Notes under the pieces: model-generated
The model's input: the letters and a program-made list of their open reading frames with translations, nothing else
What the model was told of the DNA's origin: nothing
Database searches by the model: none
Assembly (NCBI GenBank): GCA_048940445.1
Contig: JBHLON010000037.1
Location: 1 to 32,335 of the forward strand
Direction of reading: 5' to 3'
DNA: 32,335 nucleotides
DNA from: Promethearchaeota archaeon
GTDB lineage: Archaea; Asgardarchaeota; Lokiarchaeia; Sigyniarchaeales; SOKP01
Part shown: in pieces, positions 28,698 to 32,335 of the stretch
How positions within the stretch are numbered: the first letter of the stretch is position 1
Layout: each line of letters begins with the position of its first letter
Program-made: the position numbers and the translations under genes

Positions 28698-28750
28698 AAT
28701 TAAATAGAAAGTACTCTGAAATTTAAACCGTCTGATATTTTTAAACTTTC

Positions 28751-29176
28751 TTAATAGAATGATGCTAAAGAGGATTTACGAAACACTTCGGCTTGTTTCA
28801 ATAACCTTTTAGCATTAGAATATGTTAGCTGCTTAACAGCTTTATGGAAAGGCAGCCACTTAAAGGCAACATGTTCATAACTTAAATTAACATTCTTAGT
28901 ATTAGACTTTATTAAATAGCAGTAGACTAATTTATGGATTTTTTGATGCTTGAATGCAAAATTATAATCATATTTTCCTTTAAACCCATTCACAATTTCA
29001 GCATCGGTAATACCAGTTTCCTCCCTTAATTCCCTCATTATGGTTTCTTCATCAGTTTCATCTTCTTCTTTATGACCCTTAACAAACTCCCAATGACCTA
29101 ACCCATATTTTAACAGTAAGTATTCATTATTGAAATATACTATTGCAGCAATTGAAAGTTCTTCCTTTAGACTCAT
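28751..29176 (-). CDS. Nudix hydrolase (Ap4A hydrolase-like)
   Basis: Nudix box GHKEEDETDEETIMRELREETG; HWEFVKGH; LSYEH..W. Confidence 0.9.
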   Translation of the reverse strand: MSLKEELSIAAIVYFNNEYLLLKYGLGHWEFVKGHKEEDETDEETIMRELREETGITDAEIVNGFKGKYDYNFAFKHQKIHKLVYCYLIKSNTKNVNLSYEHVAFKWLPFHKAVKQLTYSNAKRLLKQAEVFRKSSLASFY

Positions 29177-29221
29177 TAATCCTGATAATTTTACTTAATT
29201 TATTAGATATTCTATCATGGA

Positions 29222-30109
29222 TTATTCCAACCCTTCAAATACCCAAAGCTGATAAAATCTTTTTTTCAAGTCTTCAGCTAAATTAATGTCGATTATATTT
29301 ATTGAAGCATAAATTTGTGATACATTTATTGGATTTTGTAATTTTAATAATACTTGTTTAGTATCAAAAATATCATAATAAGATGGAATCCGTTTATGCA
29401 TATATTTCATTTCAAATCCTTCATTCTCATCTGATACTCCAAATAAGGTTTTCATTTTACTTTTAATATTGAGATATAGTTCTTTATTTTTTTCTATTAA
29501 ATCATTAGATAACGTTCTATTATCAAAATCAAAACTCCAAAGATATTTCACTTGAACTCCCCGAGATAATACATTTCTAATTCCATTATATATGGCTTTT
29601 CCATAAGGGAGTACTTTTATAGTGTTTTCATTAATAAAGCCAGTCATCAATAATTCCTCTTGAACCTCTTTCATTTTTTGCTCATATAAAGACAAAATTG
29701 ATACTGCTCCAAACGTTGTGGACCAAAATTTTTTAGCATTTTCTTTTGTTTTGATGAATGATTCAGAATTTAAGATATTACGTTCTAAAATTTTCGCCTG
29801 ATCATATAAAAAACTAACTTGATCTTTGCGCTTGTTATCTAAATAAGAAATAAGATTTTGAAAAGCAGAATTGAAACTTACGGCTCTATAGACTTTAGGG
29901 CGAGACTCTTGAATTTCAATCATTCCTTTTTCTCTTAATTGTTCTAAAATCTCATAAATCCTCCCTGTTGGGACATCAGATTTTTCACTTAATTCTCTAG
30001 CTGTTAGGTTGCTTGATTGTAATAATTCAATATAAACATTAACTTCATAATTTGATAAATTTCCATTCTTTAGGAACTGTCTAATTTGTATAATTAAATT
30101 ATTACTCAT
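29222..30109 (-). CDS. TrmB-family transcriptional regulator
   Basis: LSNYEVNVY..TARELSEKSDVPTGRIYEILEQL..KGMIE..SRPKVY winged helix plus C-terminal effector domain. ATG 30109 follows GAGGA. Confidence 0.9.
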   Translation of the reverse strand: MSNNLIIQIRQFLKNGNLSNYEVNVYIELLQSSNLTARELSEKSDVPTGRIYEILEQLREKGMIEIQESRPKVYRAVSFNSAFQNLISYLDNKRKDQVSFLYDQAKILERNILNSESFIKTKENAKKFWSTTFGAVSILSLYEQKMKEVQEELLMTGFINENTIKVLPYGKAIYNGIRNVLSRGVQVKYLWSFDFDNRTLSNDLIEKNKELYLNIKSKMKTLFGVSDENEGFEMKYMHKRIPSYYDIFDTKQVLLKLQNPINVSQIYASINIIDINLAEDLKKRFYQLWVFEGLE

Positions 30110-30122
30110 TTTGTGTTTCCTC

Positions 30123-30143
30123 TTCAACTTTTTTAAAGTTGAA
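30123..30143. promoter_or_regulatory. Palindromic operator candidate 1 (CAAC-N9-GTTG)
   Basis: TTCAACTTT-TTT-AAAGTTGAA, just upstream of the trmB-like start. Confidence 0.6.
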
Positions 30144-30193
30144 TATGCTACAATAACTCATATGGATAAACACTTATATTTATATTTCTCAAT

Positions 30194-30216
30194 TTACAAC
30201 CCAAAACTAGTTGTAA
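30194..30216. promoter_or_regulatory. Palindromic operator candidate 2 (CAAC-N9-GTTG)
   Basis: TTACAAC-CCAAAACTA-GTTGTAA, downstream of a TATA-like stretch and upstream of ATG 30260. Confidence 0.6.
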
Positions 30217-30259
30217 TTGATCGAAAAACATTAAAAATTAACCAGAAGACAAATTATAT

Positions 30260-30784
30260 ATGGAAAAACAAAATTTTTATCTAAATTATCTTAATGATCA
30301 GCAAAGAATTGATATTCTAAGGAAAAATTGGATGTCTCATGATGCTAGATCTCAAATGGCAATTGTTAAAGAGTTTGGATGGGAAAAGGCTAATAAACTA
30401 AACAAAAGTATCATAGCAGAGATGGGGAAGATCATGATGTATCGTTTAATTAATGCATTAAAAATTTCTCAAGTAAAAAATCTTCAAACATTACATGATG
30501 TTTGCTTAGCTGCCATGGAATTTTATTATCCCCCTCCTACAATGTCTTATAAATTTCAGAAAATATCTGATAATGAACTTTTAGGAATTGTGAAAAAATG
30601 CGCAGTAATAGACCAAGTGAAGCGTATTAAAATGGAAGATAATTATGAGTGCGGTTGCTTTTCTATGCGATCGGGTTGGTATAAAGCATTAGGAGTAGAA
30701 GCAGAGGAAAAATGTTTAACTTGTCTCAAAGATGGTGATAACGAATGTAAAGTATTAATAACGGTGAAAAAATGGAGTCTTTAA
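30260..30784 (+). CDS. DUF6125-like protein (V4R/H-NOX-like fold, Cys-containing), paralog A
   Basis: KNWMSHDA, KKC, ECGCF..RSGW, CLTCL..C. Confidence 0.7.
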   Translation: MEKQNFYLNYLNDQQRIDILRKNWMSHDARSQMAIVKEFGWEKANKLNKSIIAEMGKIMMYRLINALKISQVKNLQTLHDVCLAAMEFYYPPPTMSYKFQKISDNELLGIVKKCAVIDQVKRIKMEDNYECGCFSMRSGWYKALGVEAEEKCLTCLKDGDNECKVLITVKKWSL

Positions 30785-31293
30785 ATATAAAAAACCCATT
30801 CTTGGAATTTAAGAAGGTAAAAGAAATTTTGATCAAAAATTGGATGACTCATGATGGAATGTGGTTCTATCATTGTGCTAAAGATTGTGGAATTGAAAAA
30901 ACCAACGAAATCAACAAAGCAGCAGTAAAATCAATGGCTAAAATTGAAATGCAAAGGTTTAAGAAGGCAATTGGGATAGAACGACTTGAATCTTTTGAAG
31001 AATTCAAAAAATTTATCGGAATAATTTTCTCTGTAGTAAAAGCAGATTTTATGGATTTTAAATTTGAATTCCCATCTAAAAATATATTAATCTTCACTAT
31101 GAATAAATGTTTTGCATATGATGGTATTATGCGAATGGGTTATATAGAAAAATATAGTTGTGGTATCTTTCAACGACTTAAAGGATGGTTTGATGAATTA
31201 AATATTGAGTATGAAATAACCCCACAAATTAATGGATGTATGATGAAGGAAAAGAATGCATGTTATAGAAAATTCCAATTCTATTTTAAGTGA
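30772..31293 (+). CDS. DUF6125-like protein, paralog B
   Basis: KNWMTHDGMWF, NKC, YSCGIFQR..GWF, GCMM..C; overlaps paralog A by 13 nt. Confidence 0.75.
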   Translation: MESLNIKNPFLEFKKVKEILIKNWMTHDGMWFYHCAKDCGIEKTNEINKAAVKSMAKIEMQRFKKAIGIERLESFEEFKKFIGIIFSVVKADFMDFKFEFPSKNILIFTMNKCFAYDGIMRMGYIEKYSCGIFQRLKGWFDELNIEYEITPQINGCMMKEKNACYRKFQFYFK

Positions 31294-31311
31294 CTAAATA
31301 TTTATGAAAAT

Positions 31312-31623
31312 CTACTCTTTAAAATTCCAAAGATATAGATTTAGATCAATTAAATTATTCGGTTTAAAAAAAATTCCTTCTAATTCCAAAAGACTTCTTT
31401 GAGTCTCATAGCCTCCTCCAATAGGCAAGGAAATGCCCCCTTTACTATTAATTACTCTATGCCATGGCAAATTATCCTTTTTAGTAGAAGAATGTAAAAT
31501 CCAAGATACTTGTCTTGCACCTCGAGGATTACCCGCAAGGGCAGCAATTTGACCATAAGTAGCAACTTTTCCAAATGGTATTTGCTTTATTAATTGTTTT
31601 ACTTTTTGAGAAAATTCATTCAT
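31312..31623 (-). CDS. Alkyltransferase-like protein (ATL, MGMT family)
   Basis: IPFGKVATYGQIA, PRGARQV, and PWHRV with Trp replacing the catalytic Cys of PCHRV. Confidence 0.92.
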   Translation of the reverse strand: MNEFSQKVKQLIKQIPFGKVATYGQIAALAGNPRGARQVSWILHSSTKKDNLPWHRVINSKGGISLPIGGGYETQRSLLELEGIFFKPNNLIDLNLYLWNFKE

Positions 31624-31642
31624 AATATATCCTATATTTTAA

Positions 31643-32335
31643 TTAAAAATTATCTAATCCAATTTGTAAATTTTTTCCTCCTTCAGGTGGTTTATAGATA
31701 ATATTTTGATTTATCTTAGCTTTCTTATTGATGATATCGAGATAAGTTGGATTCTTTTCAATTGATATACAATTACGGCCTAATTCTCTACATGCTAATA
31801 AAGTACCCCCACTTCCGGAGAAGAGATCCGCTACACAATCACCTGGATTTGAGGAGATTTTGATCATCTTTTTCATTAAAAATATGGGTAATTGGCAAGG
31901 ATGTCCTTTAATATGTTCTGGATCATTCCCCCTATTATATTTAGGCCAATACCACACATCTTTCTCATACTTGAATCCTTTCCTCTTAGTTTTTGGATTT
32001 GAATATTGTGGTTTAAATGTATAATCATTTTCTTCTTTTACAAGAAAAGGAATATGATAGTGGCTTGTAATATATTTTTTATTTGTAAAAACGCCCCATT
32101 CATAAAACCAGATAATATGATTCTTCAGAATGAATTTGGTTCTTCTAATTGCATTGAGTATCGCATCTAAATTAGTCCAACCACTAACAATATACATACA
32201 ACCATTTGACTTTAGAGTATCATAGCTTTTAGAAATCCATTGATAAGAAAATTCTTCGTAATCATTACCTTCGAATTTATCTTCATATAAAATAAAACCA
32301 TCGGCACCATATTCATGACAACTTTTATTGAAATC
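31643..32335 (-). CDS. Site-specific DNA methyltransferase (N4/N6 family), 5' end beyond the window edge
   Basis: HPCQLP, ADLFSGSGGT, IEKN. The frame is open from 32197 to the edge (…YEEFSYQWISKSYDTLKSNGCMYI). Confidence 0.88.
   Translation of the reverse strand, partial: DFNKSCHEYGADGFILYEDKFEGNDYEEFSYQWISKSYDTLKSNGCMYIVSGWTNLDAILNAIRRTKFILKNHIIWFYEWGVFTNKKYITSHYHIPFLVKEENDYTFKPQYSNPKTKRKGFKYEKDVWYWPKYNRGNDPEHIKGHPCQLPIFLMKKMIKISSNPGDCVADLFSGSGGTLLACRELGRNCISIEKNPTYLDIINKKAKINQNIIYKPPEGGKNLQIGLDNF

Noticed and set aside
24993-31097. Short ORFs 24993-25175, 25792-25974, 28507-28707, 30870-31097
   Set aside because: Shadow ORFs. For 25792-25974, the paralogous locus at ~23240 has an early stop in that frame and conserves only the 29-aa frame.
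31312-31623. Active O6-methylguanine methyltransferase (ogt)
   Set aside because: PWHRV lacks the acceptor Cys, so it is an ATL
1-32335. CRISPR array, tRNA/rRNA, transposase/integrase
   Set aside because: No regularly spaced repeats, cloverleaf or extended GC-rich RNA tract, or recombinase motifs were seen by eye

Overview
AT-rich archaeal DNA whose gene content (longin-like cytoplasmic domains, a stand-alone 7-TM protein, a GPP34/GOLPH3-like protein, GGTGA/AGGTGG-type ribosome-binding sites) suggests an Asgard archaeon, probably Lokiarchaeia (inference). The left part is mostly housekeeping: a partial WD40 protein, GH57 glucanotransferase/amylase, pcm, a U32-family Fe-S protein and an iron-sulfur flavoprotein. 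The most striking element is an array of three ~760-aa paralogous single-pass membrane proteins (7480-17553). Each has a signal peptide, a sequon-rich beta ectodomain, one TM helix, a cytoplasmic longin-like domain and a winged-helix-like tail, and they alternate with two unrelated sulfatase genes. The right part is an accessory region rich in methyltransferases. It has ICMT-family genes and relics linked to a duplicated unannotated 29-aa hydrophobic micro-ORF, two genes that appear to need non-canonical start codons, a candidate structured non-coding element, and a TrmB regulator divergent from a DUF6125-like pair with twin CAAC-N9-GTTG palindromes. I saw no rRNA, tRNA, CRISPR array or transposase.
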